Counted from the first letter of the whole stretch, positions 30,173 through 44,989 are shown. The stretch is DNA of 63,986 nucleotides, filler included, from Octopus bimaculoides (GCF_001194135.2; 6 parts of 6 records of this genome joined end to end with filler, not necessarily neighbours in it); one strand, 5' to 3'. Program-made: numbers and translations. Notes: generated from the letters alone by a model not told the origin.

Positions 30173-30615
30173 TGTTGTTAGCATTTTTTCTTTATGTTTT
30201 AGTTTGGTTTGGGTTTTTTTTCTAAATGACGGAGACTTGAATTTCGTTTAACATAAAAAATATAATAATAACTAATCAACCAAACAAATAAACAAGGAAA
30301 CAAAAGAAATCAAAAGTAAAACAGAGATGGGTGGGGTTGACGGGGGTAAACGTGGAAACAACGTGAAAACAAAATGCAAAAAAAGAAATAAAACGAGGAA
30401 GACAAAAGATCTTGGTAAAGGAATATGTATATAAATAAAGTCGGTGAATATTGAGAACTCCGTGGTCTGAACTCAATTTTCTCCCATAAATCTTATGACT
30501 TGTCATCTCACACAGCTGCGGAGCAAATGTTTTAAATAGACTCCCAGCTGTTTAAAAGGAGAGAAAGAATGACAAAGAGAGAGGTGCAGAGAGGGAGGGA
30601 AGGAGGGAACTATTC

Positions 30616-30651
<36 letters not shown>

Positions 30652-31532
30652 CATGCATGCATACATACATACATACATACGTACATAACCAAACAGATAG
30701 AAGAAAGCAGAGTTAGTCAGGCAGGCAGACAGATTGACAGATACATAGAAATTTATATACATAGATAAACGTACACATGTATATGCATCTCTGTGTGTTT
30801 GGGTGTGTATGAGAGAGAGTGAGAGAGAGGGAGAAGGAGAGGGATGGAGAGAGAAGGAGAGAGACATACAATCACATACACACACACACTTGTCTACGAT
30901 TCCCCAATCAACAAATCAATGATTCACTATATTTATATCGACGGTGAGGATGTCAGGGATAGTCTAACTGGACGAAACAAATACCACACGAATTATTGTT
31001 ATTCGGAAACACTAGTTTTTCAGTCTCTTCGGTGGTCAAAAGATACACATACACACATACGTATATACAAGCAAAGACAGACAAGGGGGTTAAATCGATT
31101 ACATCGACCCCAGTGCTTCACTGGTACTTAATTTATCGACCCCGAAAGGATGAAAGGCAAAGCCGACCTCGGCAGAATTTGAACTCAGAACGTAGCGGCA
31201 GACAAAATACCGCTAACGATTCTGTCCGATCGCCGCCTGAGACGGGATTAATATTGGCATGAAATTTTGGTACAGCAAATTCGGAGCAAGGAGTAAGTCA
31301 ATGACATCAACTCCAGCATTCAGCTGGTACTTATTTTATCGATTGGAAATTTGCCGTCTATGCCTGCAAATTATAAACAATAAACAAAAGTATAATTTAA
31401 AAGTCATTGTTAAAATTTGTCATCATTTCCATACAAGCAATAAAGACTACCGCCACACCTGTGGCGTTAGCAAGCGTCCTCTCTTGTGTACACCTGGGTG
31501 TACATGTGAGAGTGCATGTGTAAATGGTTGCA

Positions 31533-31593
<61 letters not shown>

Positions 31594-32201
31594 ATGTGTG
31601 CGCTGCATTCAATTTTGCTGAATCGTAGCAAAGAAATCGTTGAAAAAGTGTTAGTAAAACAAAAGAGGCAATCATTAGACAGGACTTGAGAAGTAACAAC
31701 GAAAGATACAGAAGGTTTATTTTTGCCGCTAGACACACAACACTGTACAATTGATGACAAGTGTATTACCAAAACATGCTCCAGTGATGCATAACCATTG
31801 CACCGATGGCAGTCAACCGTGTCACTTCAGACACCCTCTGCTCCAGTTTTGTACATCCTTGTAGACTGCTCTCGAGAGGCATCACTGCCAGGCTGGAAAC
31901 ATGATAGCTTCCCTAACTCGGCTGTCGTATTACGCACGCACGCACGCACGCGCGCACGCAGACACAGGCGTGCGCACACATACTCACACACAATATACAT
32001 ACATATATGTGCATGAGGACGAATATACGTATATGTGCTTTTGCATTACTCTATCATCACGCGCACACATACACATATATACATATATATACACATATTT
32101 TTTAATGCAGGCACACAGATATATATATATATATATACACATACAAATATACGTACATGCACACACACACACTCACACACTCACACACACACACACACTC
32201 T

Positions 32202-32235
<34 letters not shown>

Positions 32236-32669
32236 TATACACACACGCGTATCACCACCACCACCACCAACAACAACAACACCACCATTGTTTCCGTTGG
32301 CGAGTTGTAAGCAGTGACAGAAACAGAGACAAACACAGTCAGACAGACAAACAGACAGACTGACAGACAGACAAACTGACAGCAGTGACAGGAAGAGGTG
32401 GTGGAGCGAAGCAGGGTGTTAATGTTCGTGTACGCTAAAGTGCTTGTGTTTGAGTGTGTGTGTATTCATAAATATATGAATATATATATNNNNNNNNNNN
32501 NNNNNNNNNNNNNNNNNNNNNNNNNNNNNNNNNTTAATTAATTAANNNNNNNNNNNNNNNNNNNNNNNNNNNNNNNNNNNNNNNNNNNNATATATATATA
32601 TATATATATATAATATAAGTAATATATATATATATGCATATATATATGCGTGTGTGTGCGTGTGTGTAT

Positions 32670-33050
32670 GCATATATGGGTACAGGACGTCACAAACAGT
32701 AAACAACATGAAATACGAGAACAAGTGATTGAATACGCAAACAACGAGAGAAACAAATGGAAAACAGGACAAGAAACATAAAGAATGACCCTTCATCAGT
32801 TGTCAGCTGCCTATCTACTTCTCATTTCGAGCATTGAACGACAATATGAGTCTTCGAAGGCAGATGCTCCCACAAAAGCCAAAATAAAATTTGGGATTTA
32901 TGGAGGGTCAAAGTTGGTAACAAAAACAGGACATTGGAGACATACAAGGAAATCGAACGAAGACAAACATGGAGGGTCGTTAGACCAGACGAAGGTGAAA
33001 TAGCGTATGCTGGAGAAATATTTTCTTTGACAAGAAAAAAGATTGAAGAG
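32670..33050 (-). mobile_element. Interspersed repeat, possibly Penelope-like; diverged copy at about 17100-17400
   Basis: The two copies share the block AAATGGAAAACA..ACATAAAGAA.GACCCTTCATCAGTTGT..ATTTCGAGC. The minus strand carries CTGATGAAGGG. The class assignment is inference. Confidence 0.45.
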
Positions 33051-33118
33051 AGAGAAAGAGAGAGATAGAATACGTTCAACTTTCATTGGTTTGTACACTC
33101 ACGCATATCTATGTATAC

Positions 33119-33167
<49 letters not shown>

Positions 33168-33350
33168 CATACATACATACATACATACACACGCGCACAC
33201 ACATACATGTAGAAATAAGCAATACTACTTCCTCGTTTTCGACTCCAAATTTTTGCATACACAAGTGTGAGCGCGCGCGTGTTCGTGAGAGAAAGGGAAG
33301 TGACAGATGGAGTTCAATGACTCATGTGTCAATTTTATTTACATCAAATT

Positions 33351-33461
<111 letters not shown>

Positions 33462-33967
33462 CGAGAAAGAGAGAAAGGGAGAGAGAATTTATAGAGTGGA
33501 ATGGTTGAATATTATTTTAAGCTTAAATAATAACCAATTAAGGGAAAAGAGACGAAATAATTGATTGAAGCTGATTCTAAATTCTAAATTAGGAAATCTG
33601 CTAACAAGAAACAAAGCAATGCTAAAGCGAAATACATTAAGTGTACAATTTTTATTCATGACCAGATGAGAAAAAAAAATTGAAAAATGGTTGATATATT
33701 AATAGTTGAAGTTGTGTTTGGTAAATAATTGAAAATTTAGAAGAAAATTTAAAACGAATGTGAAGACATCTGACATAATTGAGGTGATGTGTCAGAAATG
33801 GAAGAGCAAATAGCAAAATTTAAACATGCTCATTTAAGGCATTTCAACTTGACATTTTCTTCGTATTTATTCCACCTGGAGTCGATAAAATAAATCCACC
33901 CATAAAAGCTTCAAAATTAACGTGCAGCTGGCTGAATAAACCACAGACACGAATAACCCTTAACGTA

Positions 33968-34660
33968 CAGCCTTGGCCAAAAGTATTAGGGCACTCCAAT
34001 GTTTTGGGGTTCTGCTATCTCAATGTTAATGGAACTCGTGCACATGGTAGATTATGGTATATTTCACAATATACATTAGTTTTAATATCTGGTTGACCCT
34101 CCTTTAGCATCAATTACCGCTTTTATATTGTACTGTACAAATGCAACCAATTATTAGTAAGACCAACGTCCAAAATTAACTTGATTATTTCAGAGTTTTA
34201 TGCTAAAATACGTTGTAGATACAGTCAATAAACAGTAAAATGCTTAAAACAAGGGAGTTGAGTGAGTGTGAATGAGGTCAAATCGTAGCTCATCAAGTGT
34301 CTCAAAGGCAAATTGCTCAGAAGATTAAATGTTCTCAATGTGCAGTGCAAATGACTTTCAAGCGCTTCAGAGAGACAAAAGATGTGAGGACAATACAAAG
34401 AACAGGTAGAGAAAAGGTTACCACTTCGTGATGACAAATCCATCATCCGTCAGTCGAGAAACAGGAGAAAAGCATCGTCGGAGCTCTGTGCGAACTTCAA
34501 CGAGGCAAGTACTTCTTAAAATATCAACCAGAACTGTTAGAACAAGGCTTGTAGAGTATGGTCTGAAAGCCATAAAGCCAGGAAGAAGCCATGGGTTTCT
34601 GAAGCGAATATGGAAAAACGTCTTCAGTGGGCCAGAAACCACTCAAATTAGGCCATTTCG
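33968..34660 (+). mobile_element. Tc1-family element, 5' TIR plus decayed transposase N-terminus
   Basis: TA followed by CAGCCTTGGCCAAAAGTATT, a Tc1-like TIR. Broken frames give TT.RDDKSIIRQSRNRRK, ISTRTVRTRLVEYGLKA and RLQWARNH. Confidence 0.85.
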
Positions 34661-36491
34661 TTCTCTCCCATTTTTTTTCTCTCAACTGTTTCTGTCGAAG
34701 AACTCGGAAAGTCAAACATTTTTCCATTCTTGCGGAACATCAATCTCACCTGTCTTCGCCGTTTGTTTTCTGTAAATTTTGAATTATATATATATGTACA
34801 TACATTATATNNNNNNNNNNNNNNNNNNNNNNNNNNNNNNNNNNNNNNNNNNNNNNNNNNNNNNNNNNNNNNNNNNNNNNNNNNNNNNNNNNNNNNNNNN
34901 NNNNNNNNNNNNNNNNNNNNNNNNNNNNNNNNNNNNNNNNNNNNNNNNNNNNNNNNNNNNNNNNNNNNNNNNNNNNNNNNNNNNNNNNNNNNNNNNNNNN
35001 NNNNNNNNNNNNNNNNNNNNNNNNNNNNNNNNNNNNNNNNNNNNNNNNNNNNNNNNNNNNNNNNNNNNNNNNNNNNNNNNNNNNNNNNNNNNNNNNNNNN
35101 NNNNNNNNNNNNNNNNNNNNNNNNNNNNNNNNNNNNNNNNNNNNNNNNNNNNNNNNNNNNNNNNNNNNNNNNNNNNNNNNNNNNNNNNNNNNNNNNNNNN
35201 NNNNNNNNNNNNNNNNNNNNNNNNNNNNNNNNNNNNNNNNNNNNNNNNNNNNNNNNNNNNNNNNNNNNNNNNNNNNNNNNNNNNNNNNNNNNNNNNNNNN
35301 NNNNNNNNNNNNNNNNNNNNNNNNNNNNNNNNNNNNNNNNNNNNNNNNNNNNNNNNNNNNNNNNNNNNNNNNNNNNNNNNNNNNNNNNNNNNNNNNNNNN
35401 NNNNNNNNNNNNNNNNNNNNNNNNNNNNNNNNNNNNNNNNNNNNNNNNNNNNNNNNNNNNNNNNNNNNNNATATATATATATATATATACAGAAAGAGAG
35501 AGGGGGAGTTGAATAGTTGAATATTATTTTAAGTTTAAATAATAACCAATTAAGGGAAAAGAGACGAAATAATTTATTGAAGCTGATTCTAAATAAGTTC
35601 CGGTGCTCAACTAGTACTTATTTTATCGACCCAGAAAGGACGAAAGGCAAAGTCGGCCTCGGCGGAATTTGAACTCAAAACGTAAAGACAGACGAAATAC
35701 TGCTAAAAAAAAACATTTTGTCCCATGTGCTAACGATTCTGCTAGCTCGCCGCCTTAATGCTGCTAAATAATGATGATAAAAAAATATGAAAACCTCTAG
35801 AGTAAAGAAATAAGCTCTTGGCTATGTGAAAATTGTAGATCTCAGTAAGTAGGTCAATAGACGGAAGACATTAAAAGGTGTTGTAAAAAGGCAACGCATG
35901 ACAACGTTAGGCCAAGAGGCAACTGATATCACACTGAGGTTTCATCATGATATCGTTCGAATACATTTTCCTACTAAAACCAAAAGTTAAAACGTTATCC
36001 TACAACAAAATGTATAACAATTTTTATGTCAAAGACGATTGCTTGTCATGACGAGTTTTCGTGACATCGTTGAGAATTACCATTTTCCTAAACCAAAGCT
36101 GTGTGCAACCTTTTATCACATAGCAAACTAGTAAAACGCCAGCTCTTGACAAGATAACAATCTCCTCTTTGATGACCTTTTGAACTTTCATGTCGCGTCT
36201 GATGATTTCGCACGAAATGGTATTTTTGCTAACTCAATTTCTGTCACAGATTAAATAAGTGATTATGATTATTGCTAGACATTTTTTATCTTTTGTTATC
36301 AATACACATATGTACACACACACACATACACACACTCTCTCACACTCACACACAGGAAGATATTAAATGGAGGGTGAGAAAGAAATGATAAGGAGAGCGA
36401 AGCAGGGAGAAAAGTGATGGAAAATGTATTTGTTGTCATATACATATATAGGCATGTTATATATGTGCAAATATATAGACATGCGCGCGCA

Positions 36492-36541
<50 letters not shown>

Positions 36542-37102
36542 TAGTCATAGAGGCACAAACTGTGTGTGTGTGTATGTGTGAAAAAATGCACAAATTGGGT
36601 GGAAATTTCCTGTGTTTATGCCGAACAACAATGAAGTCAAACAACCTATATAATATACAAAGCAAGTGGCAACTGTAGTTACAGAAATAATGGTAGGCGT
36701 GGTAGCGGCGGCGTTGGTAGAGGCGTGCTGATGCTGATAAAGAAGAAACGAATAAATAAATATGTAAACAAAATATCGAGTTCATGACCTTTAAGTGCTA
36801 CAGAATACATAAACTACGATATTGTTAGTATTAAACCAAGGTATTGTTAATAGTAGGAGAGAAGAAACTGACGTGAAATTTGCGAAAATGTTATCAGAGA
36901 AGAAAAGAAGTGTCAGATTAAATTCTTTAGTCTCATGGAAAGGGGGGTAGCAAAATTGGGGGGGAGGNNNNNNNNNNNNNNNNNNNNNNNNNNNNNNNNN
37001 NNNNNNNNNNNTTAATTAATTAANNNNNNNNNNNNNNNNNNNNNNNNNNNNNNNNNNNNNNNNNNNNATATATATATATATATATATATATATTGAATTT
37101 AT

Positions 37103-37137
<35 letters not shown>

Positions 37138-40018
37138 AAGAATTAAAAAGAAGCTGAAAAATTGATACAGAGATGATTCGAACCTCGTACCCATTGCCTA
37201 CCGGTTGATCACGTGGATTGGGTTCAGTATTTTGTGCATTTCTATTGTTTTAAATGGTTTGGTTGCTTAATGTTGTTTTAAGAAGGTTGTCCATGATTAT
37301 TACGTTGTTTTGCTTAGTTTTAATTAATGTCATTTTAATCTTCGCCGTTAACACGGCAACTATACACATACACACACATATATATATAAAACACAAACAA
37401 ACGACAACCCGGATTGATTAGCGAAGTCATCCAATCAGAATAGGACAAACCGAACGCATTGACATCCTGCGTGAAGTGATTTAACCACAAGGATAAAAAA
37501 AAAAAGGTGTATATGACCAAAAACGACAACCAGATATTATAGTGAAACATATGAATGAAAATAGAGTGACCAACAAATTAGCCAATGAAACGATGGCAAC
37601 CACTGAGAATGTCTTAATAAACAGCGGTTATAAAACTGCCAACGAAAAATTATAACACAAACAAAATAATGAAGCTGATCTAATATGTATACACACACAC
37701 GCACTATATATATATATATATATATATATATNNNNNNNNNNNNNNNNNNNNNNNNNNNNNNNNNNNNNNNNNNNNNNNNNNNNNNNNNNNNNNNNNNNNN
37801 NNNNNNNNNNNNNNNNNNNNNNNNNNNNNNNNNNNNNNNNNNNNNNNNNNNNNNNNNNNNNNNNNNNNNNNNNNNNNNNNNNNNNNNNNNNNNNNNNNNN
37901 NNNNNNNNNNNNNNNNNNNNNNNNNNNNNNNNNNNNNNNNNNNNNNNNNNNNNNNNNNNNNNNNNNNNNNNNNNNNNNNNNNNNNNNNNNNNNNNNNNNN
38001 NNNNNNNNNNNNNNNNNNNNNNNNNNNNNNNNNNNNNNNNNNNNNNNNNNNNNNNNNNNNNTCTATCTATCTATCTATCTATATATATATATATATATAT
38101 GTATATAAATGGAGTTAAACGCAGTTGTTATTCAAATTCTTTTACTTCCGACACATGTTTCAAAGATATCACTGATATTATTCCAAAGAAATAAAGTGGT
38201 GTAAAACAATGTAATCTTCTCTTCAGGGAAATGAAGAAATGAAACTCGTCAATAAGACATTTTAACAGAAAATGATGGATATGTATAGTGATTAAACTTT
38301 AGTTCATATAAGTGATATCTATCATTATATATAATTTAAACATTAATTTTCTTCTTACATTTCATATTTACTAGATATATCTTTTTCCAATTCTATACGG
38401 TTTTATTTAATATACATATAGTTATATACCTCTCATTTATTTGTTTTTTTTTCTTTCCTTTACCCCTCCTCTTTCTATAGGCTACCTTTGACGTTATATC
38501 CTCTAACGTTTTTTGGAAACAAACTTAATAGCGTTCAGTGAATCATATCATATCCCTATGAAAAACAATCACACAATATCAATCTATGGATAATATATAC
38601 AACAGAACCCCCATACATAAAGAAACTAAGGACCATTTAATAAGATTAACTCCACGAGAACTAGAAATTCCTTGAAGGACAACTTAGAACCCTGAGAACG
38701 CAAGATACGAAAGGTTCACAGTCAAGAAATGCATCAAACATATATATCCATCATCAGCTGCCTAACGTACATCATTATGGTTTCGACACTTGGTAGTACC
38801 ATTCACTTCAGCGGTATCAGCAGCGTTAAAAACATAAACAATGCCAAGAAATTAATTGACAAGAGACCAGTGTGAAACGTTAGCGCAGTATATCAATTAC
38901 ATCTATACCTGCTTCATGTTGCAAATACAAACATCAAACCTCAAACATAAATGGTTACATACCTATAGTTAAGTACACATACACATTATATAAATATTTG
39001 TAGCGATTCTGTCGCAAACGGAAAGAACCACAATTAAAGTAAGCAACACAATACACCAAGTAAAAAGTAGAATATTTTATTTAATGAGAAAGTCTTATTC
39101 TGTTTCAATCATAGAGAATTCATTCGAAAGTGGAACAGCTGTTACGATTATTAACTGCATATATTTTAATCCTTAAACGGCGGACAACAACAACTGATGT
39201 TTCAAAAAAATGTGTAAAAAGATACGGCTTTCATCACTTCATGCCCGAATCGTCAACTTCGTCAAATGCTTCTAAGCGTTCGCTGCTCTTTTCGGTGGGG
39301 GAAATGGAATCGCAATTGGACGATTACACAGCGATGAAGAAAAATTTTTACTTTCCTTCATCATCATGTAAGGCGGACTATGATGAAAATGAAGATGAGG
39401 ATAATGACGATGATGCTGTATCTAGATAGCATAGAAGAAAGTGATGCTTCCATAAGTTCTGGGTAGAAAAAGTGCATCGATCTTTCCCCATTCATTTGAC
39501 AACAACAATGTAGGAATCTCAAATGAATTTATGCTCATAGCGAATGCAAAAGAAAAAGAATATTTTACGGCACCTTTTGACAATGTAACTGTAAATTTTA
39601 TTGCGTAAGACGTTAACAGTTATTGAAGTTTTAGTAATTATTTAAAATGAAAATAAGTGTAAAAATTACCCCAAAGGAAAATATATTTTTTGTCCGTTTG
39701 GTACACCCATTCAGTCAGCCCTTCTCGCCATAAAAATGTTAATACTTTAACTCCTGTGGTTTATTTACAGATTTATTGCTTAGATTATTATTTCTTCCTT
39801 ATCTTATTTATATAAGTGTAGCCAACATGACTACCTACATAGGCCAGCTACGCATTTAGCTTGAAGTTGTATGATTGTGCATTAGTATATGATGAAAGTA
39901 CACACGTAGACTGTAAATTCACTCTCACATTATATCTCTTATCCGGTACTCCGGATAAGAGAGAGAATATAGATTGTATAAATGGACATATGTATAAATC
40001 TCACTTGTTACATTTCAG

Positions 40019-40127
40019 CTGACAACTCAACGAAGAACGCCAGTGCTGTAGTGGAACAGAATGGAAACAAAGGCACCGACTATGTTGTGGAAATGTTGAT
40101 GGTAGCTGATTCTTCTATGTTTGATTA
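40019..40127 (+). CDS. Exon of reprolysin (M12B) ADAM/ADAMTS-like metalloprotease; start of catalytic domain
   Basis: Acceptor catttcag|CT and donor TA|gtaagt; phase 1 to 2. Translates as DNSTKNASAVVEQNGNKGTDYVVEMLMVADSSMFD(Y). YVVEMLMVAD matches the first beta strand of M12B domains (YVELLVVAD-like). Confidence 0.9.
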
Positions 40128-40718
40128 GTAAGTAGTCATCTTGAAATAATAATAATAATGATAATGATTTCAAATTTTTGCCACAAGGGCAGCTTGGGGA
40201 GGGGATTAAGTCGATTACATCGACCCTAGTGCGTAACTAGTACTTATTTAATCGACCCCGAAAGGATGAAAGGCAATTTATCATGTGGAAATTTGTCAAA
40301 ACTGCAGCCGAACTGGAACATTAGTATCATTGGCTTTTAGGGATTAATCCAATCTAGAACTTCACCTGATGATATCGACACAAGACTTCTTTAGTGAGCA
40401 TTGCTCAATTCAAACCCCCTTAATCATAAAAAAATAGGTCAATCAGGTAACGTCGGGATTACTATCTATGGATCGGTATCCCAACTATTACTCTATACTA
40501 ATTAGAGCCAGGTATTTGACGATCTGTTTCTATCTGTATAGCAGAAACAGTCCTGTTCAGGAACCTCTCTATTATATCTGGAGCAAGCTACTATTCACTT
40601 ATTAGCATATACTAGTACAAGCCGTTATGCTCCTGTAGTTATATACCAGAGTAAGCCATTATACACATGTGGAGTTTATAAATCAACTATGTTTAACTGT
40701 GCATCTCTCATATTTCAG

Positions 40719-40812
40719 TTGGGTCAATCAAAGTGAATCGTTGGACAGCAAAGGGAAAATTGTAGAAGCCAGACGATCGCTTGTCGAATATTTCATCTTC
40801 TTATTGAACGGA
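40719..40812 (+). CDS. Exon of ADAM/ADAMTS-like metalloprotease
   Basis: Acceptor tatttcag|T and donor GGA|gtaagt; phase 2 to 0, matching both neighbours. Translates as WVNQSESLDSKGKIVEARRSLVEYFIFLLNG. Confidence 0.88.
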
Positions 40813-41867
40813 GTAAGTGCAGTAAACGTCCTCTCTTTACTAGAGTCACCTTTTTTTTTATGTTTCATTTTTAATCAAATTTCACACCATTAAAGACCCA
40901 CAATAAACGACTCATGACATGTTTGCTAGTTTAAAGAGCAACTCTTACACATCAAAGTTTATTAATAAACTGATGAACTAAGCATAGAATTAGTGAAGTC
41001 TCACTATTCAAAAATAGCAGATTCTTCAAATTTGCGTTATTCTCCAATTTCTTAGATAAATTTTAGTCATAGAAATACATTTTCAATTTCACGGAATTTT
41101 AAAAGATTTTAGAGACGATATTGAAGTTAAATCTTAACTGGATCGATCTTACTGATCTTGGAAACCCTAAAGATCATTGAAACACTTCTTTATCTTCACA
41201 AAACTCTGGACCCATCTGTCGTATAAATATTTATATAAATATTTATTGGTTTTCAGGCGGGATGTCAGTCTTACATCGTTATATAAATGAGACGTGGCCC
41301 TTAGATTCTTATTTATATTTTAAATAAGTAGTTCTATGCCAGTGTCTGGCCACAGTTTGAAGGCAAAAGTTAAGTGATCCCTGATGTGTCTATAAAAAAA
41401 TTAAACTAGATAGTTTAATCTTCATTCCGAGGTCATGAAGGTTCTAGTTTAATCACGGATTTTACAAAATAACTAGCATTTAGTTACAGCCACACAAAAT
41501 ATATTTTAATAAACACAGAACCATAACTCTGTGTACACAGAAAGCAAGCTGTATCAAGTACTAAGAAAGCTTGTTGCTTGTTTGTTCTTCGCTGGTAAGA
41601 ACAAAGCTTCTAAGACGTATGGAGAAATTTGGAGGATTTTTTTGGTGCAATGGAAGAACGTCTGTCATATTTACACAAGATGTAGGTTCAAGTCGCACAG
41701 ATAGCCTTCGACGATGTCCATCCAGTGGTTTTTTAAAACCCAGTATCTACATGCTTTTATTTATAGCTTTATCTATTTCGAGTGCCGTTATTAAAAACGA
41801 TTAATTCTATATGTCACGAAGTTTCTAAATTCTTACGACATAAACATTTCTTTCTTTAATATTTCAG

Positions 41868-41948
41868 GTGGACATTAAATATAACCAACTGTCAACGTTG
41901 GCCGACTACAACATTCGTCTGACTTTGGCTGGAATTGTGATTGCGGAG
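41868..41948 (+). CDS. Exon of ADAM/ADAMTS-like metalloprotease
   Basis: Acceptor atttcag|GTG and donor GAG|gtaatt; phase 0/0. Translates as VDIKYNQLSTLADYNIRLTLAGIVIAE, matching the M12B pattern VDxxY...IxLxLxxIxI. Confidence 0.9.
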
Positions 41949-43049
41949 GTAATTTTGATCCGAAGCCAATCTGAATACCCATTTTATCGTCCACTTTCTG
42001 GTGAATTCCCTAAATTGTATGACGTAGGCACTGGGAAATCGAATACGTAACCTGGTTTCGCTTTTTGCTTGAATTCACTACACATTTGGTTGACTTTATT
42101 CCTCTTCAAAGCTGAAGATTTATTAGTTTCGTCTCAGTTATAATTTATCATTTTTTTGTTTGCCTTTCCATCTCCACCATCAAATTCATTTCTTTAGTAA
42201 TCTTTCTCATCAATTTCTGTCTTCAATTTCTGTTTATACGGTGTGTGGATGTTGATTGGATAGACACAGCGGGTAGATATTGATGAAATGGAAACAACGT
42301 CTATATGTTGATGGTAGAGATGTATTCATTGTGTTTGTCTATGAAATCAAACTATATGTTTTTCCGTATTAATCTAGTAAACATCAACACGCTGTATCTA
42401 TCTAGTTATCATATACATACTGCATCTACTCACACAGAATCAGCGTACTGCTTCTTTTATCATCCACTACATGCAATATTTAACCAGTCAATATTTAAAA
42501 TACTGTCGATCTATGCAATCAAAATCGACATATTATGTCTATCCTGTCAACACACACACACACACACACATACACACACACACACACACACACATCCAAA
42601 ATGGAGCCGGATTACCATCATTCCTTATAAGTGGATCACTTGAAAATTGCAAACTAATGACATGAAACCTGAAGTTATATCGAAAATCCATAACTATAGA
42701 ATATACATATTTATAAATTCGCATACTGTTTCTAAGTAATCAAATACTCACACATTGTACATATGCAGCCAGCATCTTGCTCGCAGTAACCGATTGTCAA
42801 CATCTACACACTAACCGTTAAATCAACATATATGTATCCACTGTTTCTATGCCATCAGCATGAATACTGCATCGGAAGTAGTGAACATTCATTTATTTTA
42901 TCCATTCAGCATCTGCATCTTGTGTCTATCAGGTCAACGCCTAAACACCATATCTTAACAGTCGCTGTGTCTCGGCAGTCAACATCTAACAATAACTACC
43001 CACTGTTATCAGTGTACGCATTCTATGCCAGCAGTTCTTAATCCTTTTT

Positions 43050-43214
43050 AATATCCGAGCCAGATCCAAAACGGATTTTTTTAGGGGTCGGCACCCAAAA
43101 AATTAAGACATAAGTCAATTAAAGAAATTTTTTTTTAATATTTATAGAGGGAGGGCAATCGGAGGCCGTCGGGGACCGCCTGAAGGATGCTTGGGACCGC
43201 GGTTGAGAACCGCT
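43050..43214. mobile_element. One-ended hAT/Charlie-like MITE remnant
   Basis: Ends in GGGACCGCGGTTGAGAACCGCT, a typical Charlie-type terminus. The other TIR was not found. Confidence 0.5.
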
Positions 43215-43381
43215 CTTTTCTGCATTGTAGTCCATTTAATTCATACAACGTTACAACAACCAGATGAACTTAAAAATAACAAAATATGTCAGCTAGACTT
43301 AATGAACAGACGACCTAAGTTTTTGCATCTACGAAGCCGTTTTATCGTAATCAGTCGGCAGCCATGTCTGAAACAGAACGG

Positions 43382-43433
<52 letters not shown>

Positions 43434-43547
43434 GTCTCGCTCATATTTTGTTGCTCTTGTTCTGTTTTGTGTTTTAAAAAGCTTTTTTTTTTGGTTCTTT
43501 TCTGCTTCCGTACCACCGATGTTGCAGCTATAAAGATTGTTATTATC

Positions 43548-43583
<36 letters not shown>

Positions 43584-44707
43584 CCTCTTCGTTTTTTGTG
43601 ATTTTGATGGATATTTTTATGTTAGTCTTTGTTATTATCGTCGTCGTTGCCTTTCCTCCTCCTTTTCCTCCACCTCTTTCCTTTTGAAATCGTTAGAAAA
43701 AATACCTTGTGGTATTTCTTTTGGCACTTCATTTTTTGAGTTGAAATTACTCTCGGTAAACTTTACCTTTCATCCTTCCAGAATTGGTAAAAATAAGACC
43801 CCAGACAAGGACCGGGGTGGGGTGGGTTTGGTGTAAAACGCCCGACACCATCCCCTCTCAATTTCTGACCTTTTTCTTCGTAAGAAATCAAAGGTCAGCA
43901 GATTGATATAGAATGGTTATTTATTCCAGTTTGTGCGTTCTGAGTTCCAATTACAGGAAAGTCGATTTTACCTTTCGTCCTGATCGATAAAATAAAGTAA
44001 CAATCATTTGCTGAGATCGATATAATTGACCTCCCCTTCTGGCTTTGCTTTTTCGTCTACTGAAGAAATTTCCAACGCGATGGCGTAGCGGAACCGTTAA
44101 GTCGTTGGGCAAAATGCCATGCGATGTTTAATATCGGGTCCTTATGATATATTTTTAAGTTCAAATCGTATCGGCTTCAACTGAATCTTAACGTTCAGTT
44201 AATATCCGTACATTAATACCAGTAATATACTGCGTCTTCGACTCAGTAGACTCTATATCTTCACCTACAGAAAGGTTCCTGTATTCTTTTCTACTCTAGG
44301 AACAAGGCCCGAAATATTGCCGGGAGGGGGCCAGTCGAATACATCGACCCAGTGCGTAACTGGTACTTAATTTATTGGACTCAGAACGCAAAGACAGACG
44401 AAATACCACTAAGCATTTCGCCCGGCGTGCTAACGATTCTTATTACTTTATTGCCCACAAGGGGCTAAACATAGAGGGGACAAACACGAACAGACCACCA
44501 TCACTAGTACCACCATCACTACAACCACTTACCATCACCACCACCACCACCATCAGCATCATCCTCGCTAACAACCCACCACGGTCACGGCCACCACATT
44601 ACCACTCCCACCACTACCCCCCTACTAACATCATCACCATCACCGCCACCACTACCACCACCACCACCACCACCACCACCACTTCATGTTCTACGTTATG
44701 ATTACAG

Positions 44708-44853
44708 GACAGAAACGCCAGTTCTTGGACATTCGCAGAAACAGGTTTCCCTGCCAAAACACTTGATGCCAAAATGACGCTGGAACTGTTCTCAGAATGG
44801 CAGGTGACTCAGGACCTATTACCAGCCAAAGACCATTCTGTACTCTTCACCAG
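44708..44853 (+). CDS. Exon of ADAM/ADAMTS-like metalloprotease (last exon located)
   Basis: Acceptor attacag|GAC and donor AG|gtaagg; phase 0 to 2. Translates as DRNASSWTFAETGFPAKTLDAKMTLELFSEWQVTQDLLPAKDHSVLFT(R/S). TLxxFxxW and DHxxLFT are M12B motifs that lie upstream of HExxH. Confidence 0.92.
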
Positions 44854-44989
44854 GTAAGGTCACGCTCCTTGTTTGCATTTGCTCTTATTATAAACCGCAA
44901 TCCCCTGGTTCCAGGTTCTACCCACAGTGAGTCACATTAGCAAGTATGTGTACGTGTACATATACATGTATTTCTCTTCTGTATTTGAA

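Noticed and set aside
39130-39760. ORF with acidic tail; possible piggyBac-like remnant ending near a TTAA
   Set aside because: There is no recognisable catalytic motif or matching TIR pair, which is too weak to call.
44915-44926. 12-nt micro-exon candidate (ccag|GTTCTACCCACA|gtgagt)
   Set aside because: It would need a 61-nt intron, adds no recognisable motif and is likely a chance match.
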